This document shows positions 9,423 to 19,651 of a stretch of 64,000 nt of DNA, one piece after another. The stretch covers positions 8,186-72,185 of the forward strand of contig CALXUT010000036.1 of NCBI GenBank assembly GCA_944391755.1, in the 5' to 3' direction. Position 1 is the stretch's first letter, and every line of letters begins with the position of its first letter. Both the position numbers and the translations under genes were made by a program. The notes under the pieces are model-generated. The model was given only the letters and a program-made list of their open reading frames with translations. It did no database searches and had not been told where the DNA came from. Source of the stretch: an uncultured Clostridia bacterium. GTDB taxonomy: Bacteria; Bacillota; Clostridia; TANB77; CAG-508.

Positions 9423-12400
9423 ATGCGAATAATAGTTGAAAAACGCAAGGAGTGGATTTTTTTGAAAAAATATCAAAAACTAAGCATAGAAAGTGCCATA
9501 TTAGATGAAGAACAATTAAAAAGACATTTAGAAAAAATGGCAATGCAACATACTCTAAAAAATAAATCAGATAAAAGCACCTATCCAATACCAGCATTAT
9601 TAGAAAATTATTTAAATATAAAAGAAGTATATCAATTATTAAATGAACATATAAAATTAGGAATTAGTATTCACCCAGCAGGAGAGTGGATATTAGACAA
9701 TTTTTATATCATTGAAGAAGTAGTCAGTCAAATTCAAAAAGAAATAACATTAAAAAAATACTCAAATTTTATAGGAATTCAAAATGGAAAATATGCAGGA
9801 TTTGCACGAATATATGTATTAGCAACAGAGATAGTAGCTTATACAGATAATAAAATAAATAGAGAAAATTTAGAAAAATATTTAGAAGCCTATCAAACGA
9901 AAAAAACACTTACAATGGAAGAAATATGGAATATAGGAATATTTTTGCAAATAGCCATCATACAAAATATAAGTGAAATATGCGAAAAAATTCGAAGTTC
10001 ACAGATTCAGAAATATAAAGTAAAAAATATTATAGAAAGACTTGTTGAAAAAAAGTCAAAGAATCAGTTAGTATATAATCAAATCAATGGAATAAAACTA
10101 AAAAATGATGTATTTAAAAGTATGAAATATTCATTTATAGAATATATGTCCTATTCTTTAAAAAAATATGGAAAAAAAGCATATGGATATTTAAATATAT
10201 TAGAAGAAGTAGTAGAAAAAATAGGAATAACTGTACCAGAGGCAATACAAAAAGAACATTTTGATACAGCCATCAGAAAAATATCTATGGCAAATTGTAT
10301 AACAAGTATTAAAAAAATTCAAAGAATTAATTTTTTAGAAATGTTTGAAGAAATCAATGGAGTAGAAGGAATATTAAATAAGGATCCATCAAAAATATAT
10401 GAAAAAATGGAATACAAAACAAAAGAATATTATAGAAATGCAATAAAAGAAATAGCCAAAAAAACAAAAATATCAGAAATTTATATAGCCAAGAAAGCCA
10501 TAGAATTATGTGAGCAAAATAAGATAGAAACAAAGGAAAGCCATATAGGATATTATTTAATAGAGGAAGGAAGAGAAGAATTATTCGAAAAATTAGAATT
10601 TAAAGAAAAGAAGATTTCCAATAAAGCTAAAGTTAAATTATATATTTGTTCCATCATGATAATAACATTATTATTATCATCAATCATAGCAAAAGTTATA
10701 TCAACAAATTTAATTCAATATATCATAAGTTTCGTTCTTTTAATAATACCAATATCAGAATTAACTATTCAAACAATACAATATATTTTAGGAAAAATTG
10801 TAAAACCAAAACTAATCCCTAAAATAGACTTATCAAAAGGGATAGATAAAGAAAATGCAACGTTTGTCGTGATTCCTACAATCATAAAAAGTAGAGATAA
10901 AGTTCAAGAATTATTTAGAAAATTAGAAGTTTTTTATTTAGCCAATAAAAGCAAAAACTTATATTTTGCTGTATTAGGAGATTGTTCAGAAAGTGATTAT
11001 AGAGATGAAGAATTTGACAAAGAAATAGAAGAAGAGGGACTATATCAAGTAGAAAAATTAAATGCAAAATATGAGAATGAAGAATTTCCAATATTTCATT
11101 TTATTTATAGAGAAAGAAAATATAATCAAAGTGAAGACAAATATTTAGGATGGGAAAGAAAAAGAGGTTTATTAACACAATTTAATGAATATATTTTAAA
11201 ACATGAAAGAAACAAATTTAAAATCAATACAATTAACCAAGAAGAAATACCCCAGATAAAATATGTAATCACACTAGATTCAGACACAGAGTTAGTATTA
11301 AATACGGCTTCTGAATTAATAGGAGCAATGGCACATATATTAAATAAACCAGAAATAGATTCAAATAAAAATATGGTTATAAAAGGACATGCCATTTTAC
11401 AACCAAGAATAGGAGTAAATTTAGATATCAGCAATAAAAATCTATTTACAAAAATTTTTGCAGGAGCAGGCGGAATTGATAGTTACACAAATGCTATATC
11501 AGATACCTATCAAGATAATTTTGATGAAGGCATATTTACAGGAAAAGGAATCTATGATGTTGCTGTTTTTTCAAAAGTGTTAAAAAATCAGATACCAGAA
11601 AATACAGTATTAAGCCATGATTTACTAGAAGGAAATTATTTAAAATGTGGACTAGCAACAGATATCATGCTAATGGATGGATATCCATTAAAATATGTAA
11701 CCTTTATGAATCGATTCTCAAGATGGACGAGAGGAGATTGGCAAATAATAGGATGGCTAAAAAGTAAATTAAATTTATTATCAAAATTTAAAATTTTTGA
11801 TAATTTGAGAAGAAGTGTATTTGAGATATCTTTAATTATTTTATTAATATGGTCATTGATAATAAACAACAACTTAATAATGACAGCATTAATAGTAACA
11901 ATTTGTATATATCCATTTCTATTAGAAATTTTAAACTTAGCATTTTCAAGAAAAGAAAATGAGAAGAAACAAAAAACTTTTACCCCACACATAGATGGTA
12001 TAAAAGGAGCAATCATAAAATCCATTCTGACTTTTGGATGTTTGCCATATAAAGCATATGTAGAAGTTATAGCAATATCAAAAACAGTATATAGAATGTT
12101 AATCTCGCGAAAAAATTTATTAGAATGGACAACTTCAGAAGAGGCAGAAAAGCAAAAAACACTAAATATCATGCAATATTATAAAATGATGACAGCAAAT
12201 GTAATTTTCGCAATTATTTTATTGCTATTTAGTGTATTAAGGCAAAATATAGTATTCACAATGATTGGTGTTTTGTGGATAAGTACACCCTATATCATGT
12301 ATAAGATAAGTGTAATTCCTAAAGAAGAAAAGGAAATAGACAAATTAAACGAAAAAGAGAAAGAAAAAGTGTTAGAAATTGCCAAAAGAACCTGGGAATT

Positions 12401-15400
12401 TTTTAAAGAATACTTAACATCTGAAAACAATTATTTAATACCTGATAACTATCAAGAAGGTAGAAAGCCATTAGTTGTAGATAGAACTTCTTCCACAAAT
12501 ATTGGATTATCGATGTTAGCCGTAGTGACAAGTTATGATTTAGGATTTGAAACCTTAGAAGATACAATCGATTTGCTAAAAAAGATAATAGATTCTGTAT
12601 TTAATTTGGATAAATGGAATGGACATTTATATAATTGGTATCATACAAAAACAAGGCAACCACTAATTCCAAGATATGTATCGACTGTAGATAGTGGAAA
12701 TCTTGTAGGATATATGTATACAACCAAAAGCTTTTTGATAAATATAAAAGATTCCAAAAAAATAGAAGAAATTGATAAAATTACGGAAATGATAGATAAA
12801 ATAGTTATCATGATCAATAATACAGATTTTAGAAAATTATATTGTGAAGAACAAAGATTATTTTCAATAGGTTTTAATGTAGAAGAAAATAGATTAACAG
12901 ACTCTTATTATGATTTATTAGCATCTGAAGCAAGGCAGGCAAGTTTAGTGGCAATAGCCAAAAAAGATATAGAACCAAAACATTGGAATAATTTAAGTAG
13001 AACATTAACCGTATTAAAAAAATATAAAGGACTTATCTCTTGGTCAGGAACAGCATTTGAATATTTAATGCCGAATATTAATATTCCAAGATATAAAGGA
13101 AGTTTACTAGATGAATCTTGTAAATTTTTAATTATGAATCAAATAGAATATAGTCATAGTTTAGGAATACCATGGGGAATTTCAGAAGCTGCATTTAACT
13201 TAAAAGATTTACATTCCAATTATCAATATAAAGCATTTGGAATTCCGTGGCTAGGACTAAAAAGAGGGCTAGCAGATGAAATGGTTGTATCTAGTTATGG
13301 AGGAATATTAGCAATTTGTGATAAACCAAAAGAAGTTCTAGAAAATTTAAAAATATTAGAAAAAGAAGGAATGTATAATAAATATGGATTTTATGAATCT
13401 ATAGACTATACACCAGAAAGATTATCTAAAGGCAAAACTTCAGAAACGGTAAAAACCTATATGGCACATCATCAAGCATTGATTTTATTATCGATTAACA
13501 ATTTAGTAAATCATCATATATTACAAAAAAGATTTATGGAAAATCCAGAACTAGAAGCAGTCAGCATATTATTACAAGAAAGAATGCCAGAAACCTTTAC
13601 AATTACAAAAGAAAGCAAGGAAAAACCGGAAAAAATCAAATATCAAGATTATGAAAATTACTCTGTAAGAGAATATAATAAAATTGACGAAAGAGTGATA
13701 AGAGGAAATATTATTGGAAATGAAAGATATGTTGTAGCAATCAATCAAAATGGAGTGGGAGTAAGTAAATTTGATGAAAATTATATTAATCGATACAAAA
13801 GAACAGATGATTATGAACAAGGAATCTTCTTTTATATAAAAGATATAGAAACTAATGAAATCTGGAAAGCAACTGGTGAAGACAATTGCGATAGATTTTC
13901 CATTCAATTTATGCCAGATAAAAATCAGTTTGAAAAAATAAAAGAAAATATAAAAACAAAGTTGAAAATTACAGTAGATGCCAATGAACCTGTTGAATTA
14001 AGAAGACTAAAAATACAAAATGATACGGAACAAGAAAAAATCTTTGAAGTAACAAGTTATTTTGAACCAGTATTATCAAAAAAAGAACAGGATTATGCAC
14101 ATCAAGCATTTAACAATTTATTCTTAGTATATGAATATGATGAAAGTACTAACGCTTTAGTTATAAAAAGAAAAAATAGAGAACCAAATCAAAAACAATT
14201 ATATCTAATAGCTAAAATGCAAACCAATAGTGAGAAAATAGGAGAAATGGAGTTTGAAATCAGTAAAGAAAAATTTATAGGGAGAAACAATTTAGAATAT
14301 CCTATAGCTGTAAAAAATTCTACGCCATTATCAAGAAAAATAGGTTTAACAACAGAAGGAGTAGTGGCTCTAAAAAATACAGTAAAAATCAAACCTGGAG
14401 AATCTGGATATATTGATTTAATTTTATCAGCAGAATATGATAAGCAATTAGCTATTCAAAATTTAAGTAAATACAGTATAATAGAAAATATCACAAGAGA
14501 ATTTGAAATTGTAAAAGCAAAAACAGAGGCAGAGGCAAGATATCTTGAAATCAAAGGAAAAGATATAGACATATATCAAACGATTGCGGGGTATTTATTA
14601 TTTGATAATCCATTAAAAACAAATAATCAATTATCTTATAAAGTATATTATCAAAAAGATTTATGGAAATATGGAATATCTGGAGATCTACCAATCATAA
14701 CGGTTACCATAAAATATATAAATGATTTATATGTAATAAAACAAATCATAAAAATGTATGAATTTTTTAGAACAAAAAATTTAAAAATCGAATTAGTCAT
14801 CATAGATGAAGAAAATTATAGTTATGAAAATTATATCAGAGATGAAATTGAAGGTGTTATATTAAACAGTCATTTAGCCTATATGAAAAATATTTATGGA
14901 GGAATATTTGTATTATCAAAAAGTGAGATGGATATACAAGATGTGAATTTAATAAAATTTACATCAGAGTTAGTCATCAATAGCCATTTAGGAAATTTAG
15001 AAAATATGATAAAAGATTTAGAAGAGGATTTATTAGATAATTATAAAATAATAGAAAGAACAGAACAAGTAACACAAGAACCAGATAATACAGAAAGCAT
15101 AGATATACTAAATAATATTCAAAATCTAAAATATTACAATGAATATGGTGCTTTTTCTGAAGATGGTAAAGAATATGTAATGAGAGTAAACAATCATAAT
15201 AAATTACCAACTACTTGGAGTCATATAATGGCAAATGAAAAGTTTGGAACCGTTATTACAGAAGGAAATGGAGGATATACTTGGTACAAAAATAGTCGAT
15301 TAAATAGAATAACAGCATGGCATAATAGTGCCACTGTGAATATACCATCAGAAGCAATTTATTTAAAAGATGAAGAAAATGGTAGAATATGGTCGCCAAC

Positions 15401-17516
15401 AGCAATGCCTAAGCCAGATGATAAAAACTATAATGTTATTTATGGTTTTGGATATGTAAAATATTTGCATAATAGTGATGAAATTATGCAAGAACTAGAA
15501 ATATTTGTGCCACAGGAAGATAGTGCAAAAATCAATATATTAACATTAAAAAACAATGCTCCAAAGAAAAAGAAAATAAAAATTGTTTATTATGTAAAAC
15601 CAGTATTAGGTGAGGATGAAATAAAATCTGATAAAAATATAAAATTACAGTATGAAGAAAATTCCAATATGATAATCGCTAAGAACTTATACCAAACAGA
15701 AGAATTCAAAAATATAGCCTATGTTTCAAGTAGCGAAAAAATACAATCCTTTACAGGAAATAAAAAAGCTTTTTTTGGAAAAGGCAGTATTTCTAATCCA
15801 GAAGCTCTTTATCATATGAGATTAGATAATGATAATGGAATTGGAAAAAAATCTTGTATAGCAGTAGAAATAAAAGTGGAAATAGAAAGTTTTTCAGAGA
15901 AAAAAATAGCAATAATGCTTGGTGCAGAAGATAATATAATGGAGGCAAAAGATATAGCCTATAAATATTCTAAAGTCCAAAATTGTAGTGTAGAACTAAA
16001 TAATGTTAAAAATGTGTGGAAAGATATATTAGGAAGGATACAGGTAGATACACCATATGAATCTTTAAATATTCTATTAAATGGATGGACAATGTATCAA
16101 ACAATAGTAAGTAGATTATTAGGAAGAAGTGGATTTTATCAATCAGGTGGTGCATACGGATTTAGAGATCAATTACAAGATACATTTTCTACGAAATATA
16201 TCAATCCTGAAATTTTAAAAACAAGAATTATAGACCACAGTAAACATCAGTTTATAGAAGGAGATGTTGAACACTGGTGGCATGAAGAAAATAGTAGAGG
16301 TATAAGGACAAAATTTTCTGATGATTTATTATGGCTCCCATTTGCTGTCATACAATATATAAATTATACAGGAGATTATCATATTTTAAGAATCAAAACA
16401 CCATATTTAGAAGGAAAAATTCTAGAAGAAAATGAAAAAGAAAGATATGATAAATATTTATCTGGTAAGCATGAAGAAACAATATACAGACATTGTAAAA
16501 GAGCTATTAAAAGAGCATGTAATTTCGGAGAAAATGGTTTACCAAAAATAGGAATAGGAGATTGGAATGACGGATTCAGTAATATAGGACCAGAAGGAAA
16601 AGGCGAAAGTGTATGGTTAGGTTTCTTTTTATATACCATTTTAAAAGAATTTAGTGAGATTGCATTAAGAGAAAAAGATGAACAAACTTCTAAGCTTTAT
16701 GCAAGTACAGCTCAAGAATTACAGGAAAATTTAAATAAAAATGCATGGGACGGACGATGGTTCAAAAGGGCATTTGCTGATAATGGAGATGTATATGGAA
16801 GTATTGAAAATGAAGAATGTAGAATAGATAGTATTGCACAAAGTTGGTCAATTATCTCTGGAGCAGGTGAAGAAAACAAAAAAGTAACCGCAATGGAAAG
16901 TTTAGAAAATCATTTGGTAGATAAAGAAAATGGAATTATTAAATTATTAGATCCACCATTTGAAAAAGGAAAATTAGAACCTGGTTATATAAAAGCATAT
17001 GTGCCAGGCGTTAGAGAAAATGGAGGCCAATATACACATGCTGCGATATGGGCCATTATTGCAGAAGCAATACTGGGAAATGGAGATAAAGCTGTAGAAT
17101 GGTATAGAATGATTACACCAATTGAACATGCAAGAACAAAAGAATCCGCCAATAAATACAAAGTTGAACCATTTGTTATTGCAGCAGATGTTTATGGAGC
17201 ACAAAACCTTGCAGGTTGTGGTGGTTGGACATGGTATACAGGTTCAAGTAGTTGGTATTATTTAGCTGGAATTGAATATATATTAGGGTTAAAAATAAAT
17301 CAAAATATAATGACTATAAATCCTTGTATTCCAAAAGATTGGAAAGAATATAGTATTCGATTTAAATATGGAGAAAGTATTTATAATATAAAAGTCAGCA
17401 ATCCAAATCGTAAAAATACGGGAGTTGAAAAAGTAATTGTAAATGGAGAAGAAGTTGAAAATAAAATTTTATTAGATAAGAACGGAAAAATATTTAATAT
17501 TGAAATTACAATGTAA
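9423..17516 (+). CDS. Giant 2697-aa membrane glycosyltransferase/phosphorylase with NdvB/Cgs (cyclic beta-1,2-glucan synthase)-like architecture
   Basis: Six TM segments flank a GT84-like domain (DSDTE ... RWTRGDWQ). The C-terminus is a GH94 cellobiose-phosphorylase-like (alpha/alpha)6 region (ENGGQYTHAAIWAI...GCGGWTWYTGSSSWYY). An alternative TTG start exists at 9462. Confidence 0.8.
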   Translation: MRIIVEKRKEWIFLKKYQKLSIESAILDEEQLKRHLEKMAMQHTLKNKSDKSTYPIPALLENYLNIKEVYQLLNEHIKLGISIHPAGEWILDNFYIIEEVVSQIQKEITLKKYSNFIGIQNGKYAGFARIYVLATEIVAYTDNKINRENLEKYLEAYQTKKTLTMEEIWNIGIFLQIAIIQNISEICEKIRSSQIQKYKVKNIIERLVEKKSKNQLVYNQINGIKLKNDVFKSMKYSFIEYMSYSLKKYGKKAYGYLNILEEVVEKIGITVPEAIQKEHFDTAIRKISMANCITSIKKIQRINFLEMFEEINGVEGILNKDPSKIYEKMEYKTKEYYRNAIKEIAKKTKISEIYIAKKAIELCEQNKIETKESHIGYYLIEEGREELFEKLEFKEKKISNKAKVKLYICSIMIITLLLSSIIAKVISTNLIQYIISFVLLIIPISELTIQTIQYILGKIVKPKLIPKIDLSKGIDKENATFVVIPTIIKSRDKVQELFRKLEVFYLANKSKNLYFAVLGDCSESDYRDEEFDKEIEEEGLYQVEKLNAKYENEEFPIFHFIYRERKYNQSEDKYLGWERKRGLLTQFNEYILKHERNKFKINTINQEEIPQIKYVITLDSDTELVLNTASELIGAMAHILNKPEIDSNKNMVIKGHAILQPRIGVNLDISNKNLFTKIFAGAGGIDSYTNAISDTYQDNFDEGIFTGKGIYDVAVFSKVLKNQIPENTVLSHDLLEGNYLKCGLATDIMLMDGYPLKYVTFMNRFSRWTRGDWQIIGWLKSKLNLLSKFKIFDNLRRSVFEISLIILLIWSLIINNNLIMTALIVTICIYPFLLEILNLAFSRKENEKKQKTFTPHIDGIKGAIIKSILTFGCLPYKAYVEVIAISKTVYRMLISRKNLLEWTTSEEAEKQKTLNIMQYYKMMTANVIFAIILLLFSVLRQNIVFTMIGVLWISTPYIMYKISVIPKEEKEIDKLNEKEKEKVLEIAKRTWEFFKEYLTSENNYLIPDNYQEGRKPLVVDRTSSTNIGLSMLAVVTSYDLGFETLEDTIDLLKKIIDSVFNLDKWNGHLYNWYHTKTRQPLIPRYVSTVDSGNLVGYMYTTKSFLINIKDSKKIEEIDKITEMIDKIVIMINNTDFRKLYCEEQRLFSIGFNVEENRLTDSYYDLLASEARQASLVAIAKKDIEPKHWNNLSRTLTVLKKYKGLISWSGTAFEYLMPNINIPRYKGSLLDESCKFLIMNQIEYSHSLGIPWGISEAAFNLKDLHSNYQYKAFGIPWLGLKRGLADEMVVSSYGGILAICDKPKEVLENLKILEKEGMYNKYGFYESIDYTPERLSKGKTSETVKTYMAHHQALILLSINNLVNHHILQKRFMENPELEAVSILLQERMPETFTITKESKEKPEKIKYQDYENYSVREYNKIDERVIRGNIIGNERYVVAINQNGVGVSKFDENYINRYKRTDDYEQGIFFYIKDIETNEIWKATGEDNCDRFSIQFMPDKNQFEKIKENIKTKLKITVDANEPVELRRLKIQNDTEQEKIFEVTSYFEPVLSKKEQDYAHQAFNNLFLVYEYDESTNALVIKRKNREPNQKQLYLIAKMQTNSEKIGEMEFEISKEKFIGRNNLEYPIAVKNSTPLSRKIGLTTEGVVALKNTVKIKPGESGYIDLILSAEYDKQLAIQNLSKYSIIENITREFEIVKAKTEAEARYLEIKGKDIDIYQTIAGYLLFDNPLKTNNQLSYKVYYQKDLWKYGISGDLPIITVTIKYINDLYVIKQIIKMYEFFRTKNLKIELVIIDEENYSYENYIRDEIEGVILNSHLAYMKNIYGGIFVLSKSEMDIQDVNLIKFTSELVINSHLGNLENMIKDLEEDLLDNYKIIERTEQVTQEPDNTESIDILNNIQNLKYYNEYGAFSEDGKEYVMRVNNHNKLPTTWSHIMANEKFGTVITEGNGGYTWYKNSRLNRITAWHNSATVNIPSEAIYLKDEENGRIWSPTAMPKPDDKNYNVIYGFGYVKYLHNSDEIMQELEIFVPQEDSAKINILTLKNNAPKKKKIKIVYYVKPVLGEDEIKSDKNIKLQYEENSNMIIAKNLYQTEEFKNIAYVSSSEKIQSFTGNKKAFFGKGSISNPEALYHMRLDNDNGIGKKSCIAVEIKVEIESFSEKKIAIMLGAEDNIMEAKDIAYKYSKVQNCSVELNNVKNVWKDILGRIQVDTPYESLNILLNGWTMYQTIVSRLLGRSGFYQSGGAYGFRDQLQDTFSTKYINPEILKTRIIDHSKHQFIEGDVEHWWHEENSRGIRTKFSDDLLWLPFAVIQYINYTGDYHILRIKTPYLEGKILEENEKERYDKYLSGKHEETIYRHCKRAIKRACNFGENGLPKIGIGDWNDGFSNIGPEGKGESVWLGFFLYTILKEFSEIALREKDEQTSKLYASTAQELQENLNKNAWDGRWFKRAFADNGDVYGSIENEECRIDSIAQSWSIISGAGEENKKVTAMESLENHLVDKENGIIKLLDPPFEKGKLEPGYIKAYVPGVRENGGQYTHAAIWAIIAEAILGNGDKAVEWYRMITPIEHARTKESANKYKVEPFVIAADVYGAQNLAGCGGWTWYTGSSSWYYLAGIEYILGLKINQNIMTINPCIPKDWKEYSIRFKYGESIYNIKVSNPNRKNTGVEKVIVNGEEVENKILLDKNGKIFNIEITM

Positions 17517-17524
17517 AAAAGTAT

Positions 17525-17552
17525 CAGTTAAAACTGGTACCTTTTTTCTTTA
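17525..17552 (+). terminator. Terminator of the giant gene
   Basis: GTATCAGTT-AAA-ACTGGTAC followed by CTTTTTTC. Confidence 0.5.
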
Positions 17553-17718
17553 AGTATCTAAATTGATGATATAAGTATATCAATAAAACATTTGTAATAC
17601 AAGGATTTTTTATAATTTTCTAAATTTTATTTTTTTATATAAATAATTCAGCAATATATACAATATAGCTATACTAAAAAATATTTTTTCATCAATTTAG
17701 ATACTTAATGATTGAAAA
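17550..17718. repeat. Perfect 20-bp inverted repeat (17550-17569 / 17699-17718) enclosing 129 nt of AT-rich DNA
   Basis: TTAAGTATCTAAATTGATGA and its exact reverse complement. Confidence 0.85.
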
Positions 17719-17787
17719 AACAAAAAAATATTTTATAATTAAAAGAGAATACAAAATATATGCTACCAGAGAAAGGACGGATAAAAT

Positions 17788-19366
17788 ATGGTAAAACAAA
17801 TGAAAAGAGAAAAAGGAATCACTTTAATTGCACTAACACTAACAATAATTATTTTATTAATATTAGCAAGTGTAACAACATATTCAGGAATCAGTACCAT
17901 TAAATCTAGTAAATTAAATAGATTTAAACAAGAACTTGAAATAATGCAATCACAAGTAAATATGTTGTATGAAAAATATAATACAGAAATAGAAGCAGGT
18001 CAAGAGATAGAAATAGGGGAAGTATTAACAAATTCAGAAGAAGAAAATAATGCATTTTCAGGAGCAGGTGAAAGTGATAAAACAGGATATAGAATATTAA
18101 CAAAAGAAACATTAGAAGAAGTAGGAATAGAAGGAGTAGAAAATGAATATCTCGTAAATATAGCAAAAAGACAAGTAATAAGTTTAGAACCATTTGAGAA
18201 AGATGGAGAAGAATATTACACACTAGCACAATTAAGTGAAAGAAATACAATAGAAGAAGGAATAGAAAGAGGAAAAATAGAATTTTCACTAGAAACGAAT
18301 CTATCAGAATCAGGGGTAGAGGTAACTGTATCAAATATAAAATACTCAAAATATGTAGGAAAAGGAAGTATATTATATCAAAAGGTAGGAAGCAGCACAT
18401 GGAGAACATTAGTAACAGACTATAAAGAAAGTGAATATCAATTTACACTAAACGAACCAGGAGAATATACTGTAAAAATAGTAGATGCAGCAGGAGTAGA
18501 AAAAGTAGCAGAGACACCTATAATCATAGAAACAGGAAATTATTTATTAGATGGAACAAGATATTTTGATACATTAGTAGAAGCAGTAGCAGCATCAAAT
18601 GATGGTTCAGTAATAAAAGTCATAAAAGATACAGAAGAAAGTGAGTTCTTAACAATTGACAAAGATATCACAATTGATATGAATGGAAAAACAATTACTT
18701 ACACAAGCAGTAATATAATTATAGATTCAGGAAAAAATGTAGTAATAGATGGAAATGGAATGCTAAAATGTACTGATGATGGAGGAAGTTTTATTGTAAA
18801 TAATGGTAATTTAGAAATTAAAAATTCTACAATCAGTAGTGGGCGTGGTAGTGGTATGATATTAGGAACTATAAATAATGAAAATGGAAGTTTAGTAATA
18901 GAAAATAGCCATATTATTGAAACGAATGGAAATACTGCAATTATACGGTGGAGCTACTATAAATAACAGTCAAATAAGTGGACAAGTAAATGCTGGAGCA
19001 TTTGGGTCAAAAGATATTATTTTGTATAATGGAGAAATTGATCAGGTTCATTTATCAAATGGAGGTAAATGTATTATAAATGGTGGGATAGTAAATAAAA
19101 TTAGATTAGGAAGTAATTATGGAAATATAAATTTAACAATAGGAAATATAAATGAAAATGTAAATAATAATGATCCACAAATTAAAGAGATTCAAATAGA
19201 GACAGGAGATTTGGCCGGAATAACTGCAATTATTAATTTTTACAATGGAATTATCCAAAAAGGATATTATGGAGATGATGATAGTGGCTATTATGGAGAA
19301 TTTAATCTAAGACCTGGATATAAAGCACAAACAACAGCAGATGGAACCATACTAGTAAAACAATAA
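17788..19366 (+). pseudogene. Surface protein with a prepilin-like N-terminal anchor and a parallel beta-helix body, interrupted by a +1 frameshift near 18945-18955 (ORFs 17788-18966 and 18917-19366)
   Basis: The two ORFs overlap by 50 nt. The beta-helix repeat pattern (N.xI.N..G) continues seamlessly across ...NGNTAII | YGGATINNSQ... on shifting +1. N-terminus is KGITLIALTLTIIILLILA. Confidence 0.55.
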
Positions 19367-19390
19367 AATATAAAAAAAATTGAATAGTAC

Positions 19391-19419
19391 TTGACAAAAA
19401 TGCAAATACCTATTATAAT
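19391..19419 (+). promoter_or_regulatory. Consensus sigma-A promoter TTGACA-17-TATAAT driving the tRNA
   Basis: Exact hexamers and spacing, 20 nt upstream of the tRNA 5' end. Confidence 0.7.
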
Positions 19420-19439
19420 AAGTACTGTTCAATGTTTAT

Positions 19440-19516
19440 GGCGAAGTAGCTCAGTTGGCTAGAGCATTCGGTTCATACCCGACAGGTCGTGTGTTCGAAT
19501 CACACCTTCGCTACCA
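19440..19516 (+). tRNA. tRNA-Met (anticodon CAU, elongator type), CCA encoded
   Basis: Cloverleaf folds by hand: 7-bp acceptor stem with G1-U73, D-stem GCTC/GAGC, anticodon loop TTCATAC, T-arm GTGTG/CACAC with TTCGAAT. Close to B. subtilis elongator tRNA-Met. Confidence 0.88.
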
Positions 19517-19527
19517 AATAATAAAAA

Positions 19528-19568
19528 ATAAAGTATTTCAATTGGGTTTGAGATACTTTATTTTTTTT
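19528..19568 (+). terminator. Terminator after the tRNA
   Basis: AAAGTATTTCA...TGAGATACTTT hairpin followed by T8. Confidence 0.6.
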
Positions 19569-19651
19569 GAATTAAAAACTATTTGCCACCCACTTTAAAT
19601 TTTACAGACATAAAATCAAAAAAAACCAATATATTTAAAAGGGTGGAAAAA

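Noticed and set aside
17788-19366. Type IV pilus or competence pseudopilus operon
   Set aside because: The N-termini lack Glu5 and Phe1. No PilB/PilC/PilD/ComG genes occur in the window. I treat them as prepilin-like anchors only.
19583-19651. N-terminal extension of the antiporter gene
   Set aside because: The extension would cover the tRNA terminator region. A GGTGG RBS and an ATG at 19652 give the typical CaCA N-terminus.
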